A stretch of DNA of 64,000 nucleotides from Candidatus Aminicenantes bacterium (GTDB lineage Bacteria > Acidobacteriota > Aminicenantia > Aminicenantales > JAFGBC01), in the NCBI GenBank assembly GCA_963702005.1, contig OY969696.1, positions 1,152,001-1,216,000 on the forward strand, written 5' to 3'. Numbering within the stretch: the first letter of the stretch is position 1; every line of letters begins with the position of its first letter. The translations under genes and the position numbers were made by a program. The notes beneath the pieces are model-generated. The model ran no database searches and was not told the DNA's origin. It saw only the letters and a list, made by a program, of their open reading frames with translations. Of this stretch, positions 38,945-46,592 are shown one piece after another.

Positions 38945-39937
38945 TCAGAGGATGCGCGGTTTTAAGACGACGGCTCCCAGCCGCTCGAGCTCGCGCCGAA
39001 GTTTTTCATACATCCGGTCGTCCAGATACATTCCGACGATCGATCCGCCCGAGCCCGCGAACTTGGCGGCCGCCCCGCAGGCGCGGGCCGCCTCGATCAT
39101 CTCCAGGTCGCCCGGCCGGATGGTCTGAATCGTGCGCCGTATGTCGAAGTTCTCGTTCATATAGTCGAACAACCGTTCCCGGCGTCCGGAGAGGAGCGCC
39201 TCCCTCCCCAACGCGGCCAGCTCGGCGAGCCGGCCCAGGGCGGCCTTGACGGTGAGATCTCCTTTGTCGTAGCAGATCCGGATTTCGCTCAGGACATGCC
39301 CGGACACCTTGGCCGCATCCGGCTTGTAAGCCAGGTAGAGGGGCGGGAGGAGCGCCGCGTCCATTCGTTCATAGCGGCCGTGGCCGCGGGCCCGGACGAA
39401 TGACTCCTCCAAATCCATGTAGACGCATCCCCCGTAGACCTGGACGACGCGGTCCATGAATCCGGCGTTAATGCCCAGCTCTTCCCGCTCGGCCCTCAAG
39501 CTGAGAGTGGGCTGGATTTCGATCGGAATTTCCGCGCCGCTGAAGGCCATCAGGGCCCTAAGCCCAGCGACGATGATCGCGCTCGACCCGCCCAACCCGA
39601 CCTGGCGCGGGATGGTCGAGCTGTAGCGCAGGGTGAAATTTGTCGCCGGAATCTCGATGTTTCGGTCGCGGCAGTAATCCCAGAAGAGACGGAGGAGGGC
39701 CTTAAGAAGCCGGACTCCGCCGTCATAGCCGTAGAGGCGGTTTCGTTCGACGAGGTCGGCGTAGCTGGAGTATTCGTCCGCCTCCTCGGCCGGCGGGACG
39801 ATCGAGAGCCGGTCGCTCTCCTCCAGCGTCACCCGGGCTTCGAAATCGCGCACGGAGACGGCCAGGATCTTGCCGAAGTAGCCGTCCGAGGGATTGCCGA
39901 GCAGCCCGGCCCGCGCGCAGGCGACGCCTTCGATCAT
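38945..39937 (-). CDS. GHMP kinase, glucuronokinase-like
   Basis: ARAGLLGNPSDGYFG, YGYDGG, IPRQVGLGGSSA, DRVVQVYGG, KFAGSGG. Confidence 0.82.
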   Translation of the reverse strand: MIEGVACARAGLLGNPSDGYFGKILAVSVRDFEARVTLEESDRLSIVPPAEEADEYSSYADLVERNRLYGYDGGVRLLKALLRLFWDYCRDRNIEIPATNFTLRYSSTIPRQVGLGGSSAIIVAGLRALMAFSGAEIPIEIQPTLSLRAEREELGINAGFMDRVVQVYGGCVYMDLEESFVRARGHGRYERMDAALLPPLYLAYKPDAAKVSGHVLSEIRICYDKGDLTVKAALGRLAELAALGREALLSGRRERLFDYMNENFDIRRTIQTIRPGDLEMIEAARACGAAAKFAGSGGSIVGMYLDDRMYEKLRRELERLGAVVLKPRIL

Positions 39938-40794
39938 AGGGTATCTAAGACTCCTCTCAAATAGCCGGCGGATTCGGCCGCGCCGGGGAGCGGATCGTTC
40001 TCGTCTTTTTCGAATTCGAGGCTGACCTTGCCGCCGTAGCCGAGGCGGATCAGGGTTTGCAGGAGCTTGGGAATATCGACGACGCCGCGGCCGATCTCGA
40101 CGGGGCCTCCCTGGGCGTCCGCCGAGGTGACGTCCTTGATGTGGACGTCCAGCAGGCGCTCGAAAAACCGTTCAGCCTCGTCCGCGGGGTCGAGGCCGCT
40201 GCGGGCGGCGTGCCCGGCGTCGAGGCAGAGCCCGACCCGGGGGTCGAGGTCACGGATCTTGAGATAGGCGTCTTCCGGAGTCGGATAAATCCTATCCGCG
40301 GGGCCGTGGTTATGAAGGGCCAGCTTGATGCCGCAGTCCCGGACGGCTTTCTCGGCGAGCGGGAGGAGCTCGATGTCGGGAACGCCGATAATGATGGAGA
40401 TGCCGGCGGCGCGGGCGTAATCGAAGGCCTGTCGGATTTCGTTTTCGCTCTTCATGTAGACGACGCCGCATCCGTAGAGGTCCAGGCCGGCCGCGCGGAC
40501 CTTGGCCGCCGCGGTCCCGACGACTTCGGGAGAGCTGTCCAGGGCGAGATGGACGCTTTTCAAGGCGATCGCTTCCAAGCCGAGCCTCAGGGTCATGGCC
40601 ACGACCTCATCCAGGCTGAAAGCGCGGAACGTGTAAGACGTTAATCCCAGCTTAAGGGGGACCGAGCTTTTTGCGTCTCGCGAGAGATTTCCGGACGATC
40701 GGGGGTGCGCCGCGCCGATTTCGGCCGGGGCCGTCAAAGCCGCGCCGGCCGCAAGCCCGGCCGCTTTGATAAAGTCCCTCCGGGTCGTGGCCAT
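39934..40794 (-). CDS. Tat-exported sugar phosphate isomerase/epimerase (AP endonuclease 2-type TIM barrel)
   Basis: TRRDFIK Tat motif; LHNHG, DAGH, HIKD, SLEFE. Confidence 0.87.
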   Translation of the reverse strand: MATTRRDFIKAAGLAAGAALTAPAEIGAAHPRSSGNLSRDAKSSVPLKLGLTSYTFRAFSLDEVVAMTLRLGLEAIALKSVHLALDSSPEVVGTAAAKVRAAGLDLYGCGVVYMKSENEIRQAFDYARAAGISIIIGVPDIELLPLAEKAVRDCGIKLALHNHGPADRIYPTPEDAYLKIRDLDPRVGLCLDAGHAARSGLDPADEAERFFERLLDVHIKDVTSADAQGGPVEIGRGVVDIPKLLQTLIRLGYGGKVSLEFEKDENDPLPGAAESAGYLRGVLDTL

Positions 40795-40811
40795 CGGTCT
40801 TTCCTTAATTA

Positions 40812-42158
40812 TTATAAAGCGGGCAGAGCCCAGGGAGCGCGATAGTTCCTCCCGACCAGGGCTTGGGCCTCGGCGTCTCCCGGGCATTGCTCTGCCGCCG
40901 CGTCCCAGGCGATCCGGCGGCGTAAGCGATAGGCAATGTTGGCGAGATGGCTGGGGATCAAGGACTTATGCCCGACCTCGGCGTCCGAAGCCGGGGTTTG
41001 GCGCGACTTGACGCAGTCCACGAAGTTCCGGACATGGTCGAAGTGGAAGTCGCTCGACCCGGTTTGCCGGGGCCGGGGCATCATCCGGAACACGCGCTCG
41101 GGCTGGGCGAGCTTGTCGGTCTCGGAGTGGACCTCCCAGCCGCCCCGGTCGACGACCAGGATGCCGTTCGCGCCGTGGAACTCGCAGCCGTGTTCGCGTT
41201 CCCAAGGACCTTGGCCGCATCCGATCATGTGTTCCCAGACGAGCGAATAGCTCGGGAATTCGATGAGCGCCTGCTGGGTGTCGGGCGTCTCGCGGATGTC
41301 GGTTGGGAACCCGAACTTCCCGCCGATGGAGGCGGCGCCCTGCGGCTCCTCGGCCATGGCCCAAATGACGACGTCGATCATGTGGGCGCCCCAGTCCGTC
41401 ATCAGCCCGCCCGAGTAGTCCCAGAACCAGCGGAAGTTATGGTGGAAGCGCATCGGGTTGAAAGGCCGTTCGGGCGCCGGGCCGAGCCACATGTCGTAAT
41501 CGACCGTGGGCGGGGCGGGCTCGTCGGGAGGATTGCCGATGTCCCCCTTCCAGTCTAGGTAGGCCCAGGCCCGGACCATCCGGATCCGGCCCAGCGCTCC
41601 CGACCGGACGAAAGCGACCGCGTCCTGGAAGAATCCGGAGCTCCGCTGCTGGGTTCCGACCTGGACGACACGGTTGAAGCGGCGGGCGGCCGTCACGATC
41701 GCCCGGCCTTCGGCGATGGACGTGGCCAGCGGCTTTTCGACATAGACGTCCTTGCCGGCTTGACAGGCGTAGATCGAGGCCAGAGCGTGCCAGTGGTCGG
41801 GAGTCGCGACGACCACGGCGTCGATATCCTTCCGCTCGAGGAGCTTGCGGAAATCCCGGTATCCTTCCGGCGCCCGGTTCCGGGCGTCCTTGACCGCCTT
41901 GAGGCCGTCGGCCAGGCGCGTCTCGTCGACTTCCGCCACGGCCGGGCACTCGACCTCGGGCAGGCGCAGAAAATCGGCAAGGTCGGCCGAACCCATGCCG
42001 CCGTAGCCGATGAATCCGATCCGGACCTTATCGCCGGCCGGAACCCGGCCGGGCTTGGAAGCTGATGCTGCGGCTTGAGCGCCGACGCCGAAGAGCACGG
42101 TCGCCGCCGAAGCCTTTGAGGTCGTTCCCAGGAATTCGCGTCGGGAGAAGGATTTCAT
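40812..42158 (-). CDS. Tat-exported Gfo/Idh/MocA oxidoreductase
   Basis: SRREFL; IGYGGMG; ATPDHWH; YVEKP; QVGTQQRS; DWGAHMID. Confidence 0.92.
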   Translation of the reverse strand: MKSFSRREFLGTTSKASAATVLFGVGAQAAASASKPGRVPAGDKVRIGFIGYGGMGSADLADFLRLPEVECPAVAEVDETRLADGLKAVKDARNRAPEGYRDFRKLLERKDIDAVVVATPDHWHALASIYACQAGKDVYVEKPLATSIAEGRAIVTAARRFNRVVQVGTQQRSSGFFQDAVAFVRSGALGRIRMVRAWAYLDWKGDIGNPPDEPAPPTVDYDMWLGPAPERPFNPMRFHHNFRWFWDYSGGLMTDWGAHMIDVVIWAMAEEPQGAASIGGKFGFPTDIRETPDTQQALIEFPSYSLVWEHMIGCGQGPWEREHGCEFHGANGILVVDRGGWEVHSETDKLAQPERVFRMMPRPRQTGSSDFHFDHVRNFVDCVKSRQTPASDAEVGHKSLIPSHLANIAYRLRRRIAWDAAAEQCPGDAEAQALVGRNYRAPWALPAL

Positions 42159-42247
42159 GATGGGCTCCTCCTTCGTTCGGATGGATACACAGCTATTATA
42201 TACAAAGAACTCGCGCCGTTTGCCAGGTCTTTCTTTCCGGCGTTCGA

Positions 42248-42361
42248 ATTTGACCCGTTCGCCGACGCCAAGCCCCGCCTTTCAAGGCGGGGATGAGAGC
42301 GAGGCTCAGGGTTAATCATGAACAAGCCCCGGCCTTCAGGCCGGGGAGTCGATGATTTGAC
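42248..42361 (-). mobile_element. Non-autonomous miniature IS200/IS605-type element (PATE/MITE-like)
   Basis: Two GC-rich hairpins with minus-strand TGAA loops (plus-strand 42273-42292 and 42327-42346), each followed on the minus strand by CTTG; bounded by an ATTTGAC direct repeat; no transposase. Confidence 0.65.
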
Positions 42362-42416
42362 TTCACCCTCCCGCTTTGAGACGATAGCCGTCTGCGCGAG
42401 ATTCAAGGAGGCGTTA

Positions 42417-43217
42417 ATGATCCGGCGCATACAGCTTGTTCTCGCTTTATTTGTTCTGTCCCTTCTTTCCGGAGTCGTGATTCCGAACGAAGGGCTGATC
42501 GGAAAAGCATCTGCCGCTCAACAGGTTCCGGTCAATCAGCTGACGGCCGAGGAGAGAGCGCAGGGTTGGATTCTTCTCTTCGACGGCGCGACGTTCGACG
42601 GCTGGCGGGGATTGGGCCGGGCGGAAGTCCCGGCCAAGCATTGGGTCATCGAGGACGGGGCGATCAAGAAGGTCCCCAGCGGCGACGTTCCCCTTCAGCC
42701 TGACGGACAGCCGCTCGAGGGCGGCGACCTGATGACCGTGGAGACATTCCGGGATTTCGAGCTCGTCTTCGACTGGAAGATCAGCCCGGGCGGGAACAGC
42801 GGCGTCAAATACAACGTCTCGGAGGAGATGTCCACGGCTAAGCCGCCCCGTTATGCGGCGCTGGGTTTCGAGTACCAGATCCTGGACGACGACCTCCATC
42901 CGGACGCCAAGAACGGGCCGAACCGGACCGCGGCCGCCCTCTACGACCTCGTCGCGCCGGAGGGTAAGAAATTAAACCCCGTGGGCGAATTTAGCCGGGC
43001 TAAAATCATTTTCAAGGGTAACCATGGAGAGCACTGGCTGAACGGCGTCCGCGTCCTATCCTACGACCTGGGAACGGCGCGGATGAATGATCTCCTGGCC
43101 CGGAGCAAATATAAGGATATTCCGGATTTTGCCGATAAGCGATCAGGCCATATCGTCCTCCAGGATCACACCGACGCAGTCTGGTTCAGGAACATCAAGA
43201 TCCGCCGGCTGAACTGA
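42417..43217 (+). CDS. DUF1080 (3-keto-disaccharide hydrolase-like) protein, secreted
   Basis: LFDG..FDGW, GNSGVKY, EYQILDD, LQDH..VWFRNIKIR; start ATG 42417 after AAGGAGG. Confidence 0.9.
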   Translation: MIRRIQLVLALFVLSLLSGVVIPNEGLIGKASAAQQVPVNQLTAEERAQGWILLFDGATFDGWRGLGRAEVPAKHWVIEDGAIKKVPSGDVPLQPDGQPLEGGDLMTVETFRDFELVFDWKISPGGNSGVKYNVSEEMSTAKPPRYAALGFEYQILDDDLHPDAKNGPNRTAAALYDLVAPEGKKLNPVGEFSRAKIIFKGNHGEHWLNGVRVLSYDLGTARMNDLLARSKYKDIPDFADKRSGHIVLQDHTDAVWFRNIKIRRLN

Positions 43218-43225
43218 TAGAGGAA

Positions 43226-43291
43226 TAATTCTGGGGACACATCACTTAATTCCCGACGAATAACGAATTAAGTGATGTGTCCCCAGAATTA
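43226..43291. repeat. Perfect 27-bp inverted repeat of the REP-like family between convergent genes
   Basis: TAATTCTGGGGACACATCACTTAATTC, 12-nt spacer, GAATTAAGTGATGTGTCCCCAGAATTA. Confidence 0.85.
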
Positions 43292-43298
43292 GCTTTGC

Positions 43299-46200
43299 TT
43301 AAAGCCGGGCAAGGCGTTTGGCGGCATCCTCCAGCTCGGGAATCCCAGCGTCGGCGTCTTTCCAATAGCCGAGAAATTTCGCGTATTCTTTTTTCGCCTC
43401 TGGCCTCAAACCTTTTTGCTCATACAATTTTGCCAGACGATAATGATAGACGGGATTGTGCATACGGCGGTCTTGGCTCGCCGGGTCGAAAGTGAGAAGC
43501 TTCTTATATTCCTCGATCGCTTTATCCAAGTTCCCCAGCTTCTGAAAGGCCCGGGCCAAGACGTCCTGGTCCAGCGGAAAGTTATACAAAGCGTATGCCC
43601 GAGCATAGGATCCTGCGTAGTGAACGGGGATATGCAAACGGAACTCCTTTTCTATGTTGGATACTGCCTCCGCCGCTCTCCCTTCAGAAAGCCAGACTTC
43701 CGCCTGAAGAATTTTGTAGTTCTTCTCCAATTGCGCAGCCACTTCCCCCGTATCCTTGGGCAATTCGGAAAATAGCCGGCGGATGTGGTCGAGCCTTTGC
43801 TTGGCCGCTTCGATCCGGCCTTGCTTCCATTCTAAAAGCCCCAGCCAAAGCTCATTTTCGATGGAGTTTGTTCGGTCGGGCAGGGGCATGGCTTCTCTGG
43901 CATCCTTCTGATATTCAGAAAACAGCCTGAGGGCCGCATCAAACTCACCCCGATCATAATAAAAAAAGGCCTGGACGAGCTTGGCCACGGCGGTCCCGGT
44001 TATATCTCCGATCGATTGGCAGGCTGCCCGGACTCGTTCCATTTCCACTCTGGACTGCTCTCGTTTACCCAGGATATAGTTGAAAACCGCTTTCCACCAA
44101 TAGCCGAGGCTCTGCCATCTCTTGGACGGAGTCGCGAGAACGAATTGGTCCAGCCAGCTCATCGCCTCGGTATAATCCCCCTTGACGGCACAGATATAGG
44201 CGATGATATCTTCCGACCCGAAATCCGGCTTGATCCGCACCGCTTCTCTGTAGAGTGCCACCGCCTCATCGAGCCGGCCGGCGCGGAAATAAAACTCAGC
44301 CAAGGAATCTAAAGGGTTGGCGTCTCCCGGGGCGACGGAAACAGCCTTTTTCAGGTATTCTTCCGCTTTGACAAGATCCCCCGTCGCGCTATACAAATAG
44401 CCAAGTGAATTCAGGATGACCACCCACTCGGGGTCCAGATCCAGAGCTTTGCCCGCTTCTGCGATCGCTTCCGGATACATCTTTTTCTGAAGGTAAATCG
44501 TTACGAGTGAACTATAGGCTTCCTTTTCCTTGGGATATTTAGCGGCGATTTCCCGGAAGATGTTCAATTGTTTATCGGGATCTTGCTCAATCCTCCTGGC
44601 ATAAGCGGCCTCGATGTACAATCGTTCCTTTTCCGTCGCTTTTCCGGAATAAGCCTTGGCTTTCTTCAGAGTTACGGCTGCCAGATCGGAATTAGACAAG
44701 TACCGATAGGTTCGAAATAGATAGAGATAGGCGCTGGCAAATTGGGGGTCGAGTTCTACGGCCTTTTCCAGGTTTTTGCGGGCATCCTCGAAGTAAAACC
44801 TGTCCAGACACTCCTTCCCCATGAGGAAATATCTATAGGCTTCCAGGGACGAAGTCTGGAACTCGGAAATCTGAACCTGCGCCTCTTCAACCGTTTTTTG
44901 GGATAGGCCGACTCCCCGGGAGATCTCCCGGCTCAGCTGCCCGATCTGATTATCCAGAATGCTCTGCGCTCCCTCCCCTTTGGCGGTGGCGCTTTTAAGC
45001 AATTTCCTGGTTTTGACGTCAAACACCTTGACGTCCGTGGCAAACGTCTCGCCCGCCCTGACATAGCTACCCAGCACGAGAGCATCGACATTATCCTTTT
45101 TGCACAGCTCAAAACCGAGCTCACTGTCGATAACGCCGGCCTGTTCCTTCCCCATCTGCCTGAGGAGGTCGCGCAGCCGTTCGAATGTCGTGACGTGGAG
45201 ATATTTCGATTGCTCCAGGCTGGTGATCAAAAGGTTGGGAATAGCGGCCTGGAGATAATCGAAGGCCTGGTCTCCCGTTTGATTTTGAAAAGTGACGACC
45301 GCGACGGATCTCTCCACGAATTTCGTTTTGAAAACAACGCGCCAGAGCACGAGCCCGAGGACGACGGCCGCGGCGATCGCCACAACGGGGATCAGCAGCT
45401 TTTTCAGCCCGAATGTTACCGTGATCTCTTTGGAGGTCGGGGATTTTCTCTTGGGCTTTTCTCTTTCGGTCGAGGGAAATTCTTTCTCGATGGCCTCGAT
45501 CTCCGCGCACAGCTCATCGGCCGTCTGGAACCTTTTTTCTTTGTCTTTTTCCAGGCATTTGAGGATCAGCCGGCTGAGCGCCGCGGGGAGCTGCGGATTC
45601 CATTCTTTCGGGTCCTTGGGTTTCTCGCCCTTGTGCTTCATGGCGACGCTGAGCGGCGTCTCTCCTTCGAATGGAACGCGGCCGGCGACCATTTCGTAGA
45701 GGATGACTCCCAGCGAATAGATGTCCGACCGACCGTCCACGTCCTTCGCTTCCGCCTGCTCGGGGGACATGTAATCGGGCGTGCCGATGATGAAGCCCGT
45801 CCCGGTGATGGACTTCGTTTTGAGCGAGCGGGCGATCCCGAAGTCCATGATCTTGGCGTTTCCCTCGCGGTCGATCATGATGTTGCCGGGCTTGAGGTCG
45901 CGGTGGACGACGCCCAGCCGGTGGGCCTCGGCCAAGCCCCCCGCCATTTGCCCGGCGATGGAAAGCGCTTTGGCCGGCGGAAGCGGGCCGATCCTCTTGA
46001 TCAGGCTTTTTAAATCCTCGCCCGCGACATATTCCATGGTGATGAAGTGGGCGCCGCCGGACTCGCCCAGGTCATGCATGCGGCAGATGTTGCGGTGCGA
46101 GATCTTGCGGGCGATTTTGAGCTCCTGCCCGAATCGTTCGATGATCTTTCGATCCGAGGAGATCTGCGGATTGATGAGCTTGAGCGCGACTTCCTCGTTG

Positions 46201-46436
46201 ATTTTCTTGTCTTCAGCCCGATAGACGGCGCCCATGCCGCCCCGGCCCAGCTCTTCAATGATCTCGTACCGGCCGGCGAAAATAGTCCCACGGCTAAGGT
46301 CCGGCTTGGACAGGCCGAGCGGTTCCGTCGTGGAAATCGAGAATTCCGGAGAGAAGGGAAGCGGCGTCCCGCACTTGCCGCAGAAATTCGTGGCGGCGGG
46401 ATTCTCAAAACGGCACTTCGGGCAAGGGGCGGTCAA
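43299..46436 (-). CDS. Hanks-type Ser/Thr kinase with zinc ribbon, TM segment, TolB_N/FlgO-like domain and TPR repeats
   Basis: CPKC..CGKC; LGRGGMG, VALK, HRDLKPGN, DFG, YMSPE; start probably TTG 46436 (the ORF track gives 46493). Confidence 0.92.
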   Translation of the reverse strand: MTAPCPKCRFENPAATNFCGKCGTPLPFSPEFSISTTEPLGLSKPDLSRGTIFAGRYEIIEELGRGGMGAVYRAEDKKINEEVALKLINPQISSDRKIIERFGQELKIARKISHRNICRMHDLGESGGAHFITMEYVAGEDLKSLIKRIGPLPPAKALSIAGQMAGGLAEAHRLGVVHRDLKPGNIMIDREGNAKIMDFGIARSLKTKSITGTGFIIGTPDYMSPEQAEAKDVDGRSDIYSLGVILYEMVAGRVPFEGETPLSVAMKHKGEKPKDPKEWNPQLPAALSRLILKCLEKDKEKRFQTADELCAEIEAIEKEFPSTEREKPKRKSPTSKEITVTFGLKKLLIPVVAIAAAVVLGLVLWRVVFKTKFVERSVAVVTFQNQTGDQAFDYLQAAIPNLLITSLEQSKYLHVTTFERLRDLLRQMGKEQAGVIDSELGFELCKKDNVDALVLGSYVRAGETFATDVKVFDVKTRKLLKSATAKGEGAQSILDNQIGQLSREISRGVGLSQKTVEEAQVQISEFQTSSLEAYRYFLMGKECLDRFYFEDARKNLEKAVELDPQFASAYLYLFRTYRYLSNSDLAAVTLKKAKAYSGKATEKERLYIEAAYARRIEQDPDKQLNIFREIAAKYPKEKEAYSSLVTIYLQKKMYPEAIAEAGKALDLDPEWVVILNSLGYLYSATGDLVKAEEYLKKAVSVAPGDANPLDSLAEFYFRAGRLDEAVALYREAVRIKPDFGSEDIIAYICAVKGDYTEAMSWLDQFVLATPSKRWQSLGYWWKAVFNYILGKREQSRVEMERVRAACQSIGDITGTAVAKLVQAFFYYDRGEFDAALRLFSEYQKDAREAMPLPDRTNSIENELWLGLLEWKQGRIEAAKQRLDHIRRLFSELPKDTGEVAAQLEKNYKILQAEVWLSEGRAAEAVSNIEKEFRLHIPVHYAGSYARAYALYNFPLDQDVLARAFQKLGNLDKAIEEYKKLLTFDPASQDRRMHNPVYHYRLAKLYEQKGLRPEAKKEYAKFLGYWKDADAGIPELEDAAKRLARL

Positions 46437-46592
46437 GCGTTTCCTTATTCCCTGACTTGGCCAGATGATAACAAGCGAATCGCCGACAGTCAAATCCTTC
46501 CGGAATATCCCGGATATGCCCCGCCGGCCGAAAGTTCGAACAAGACGTCAACCGGGCGACGATTCAGAAGCCGTCGGATTCGTCGCCGGCTC

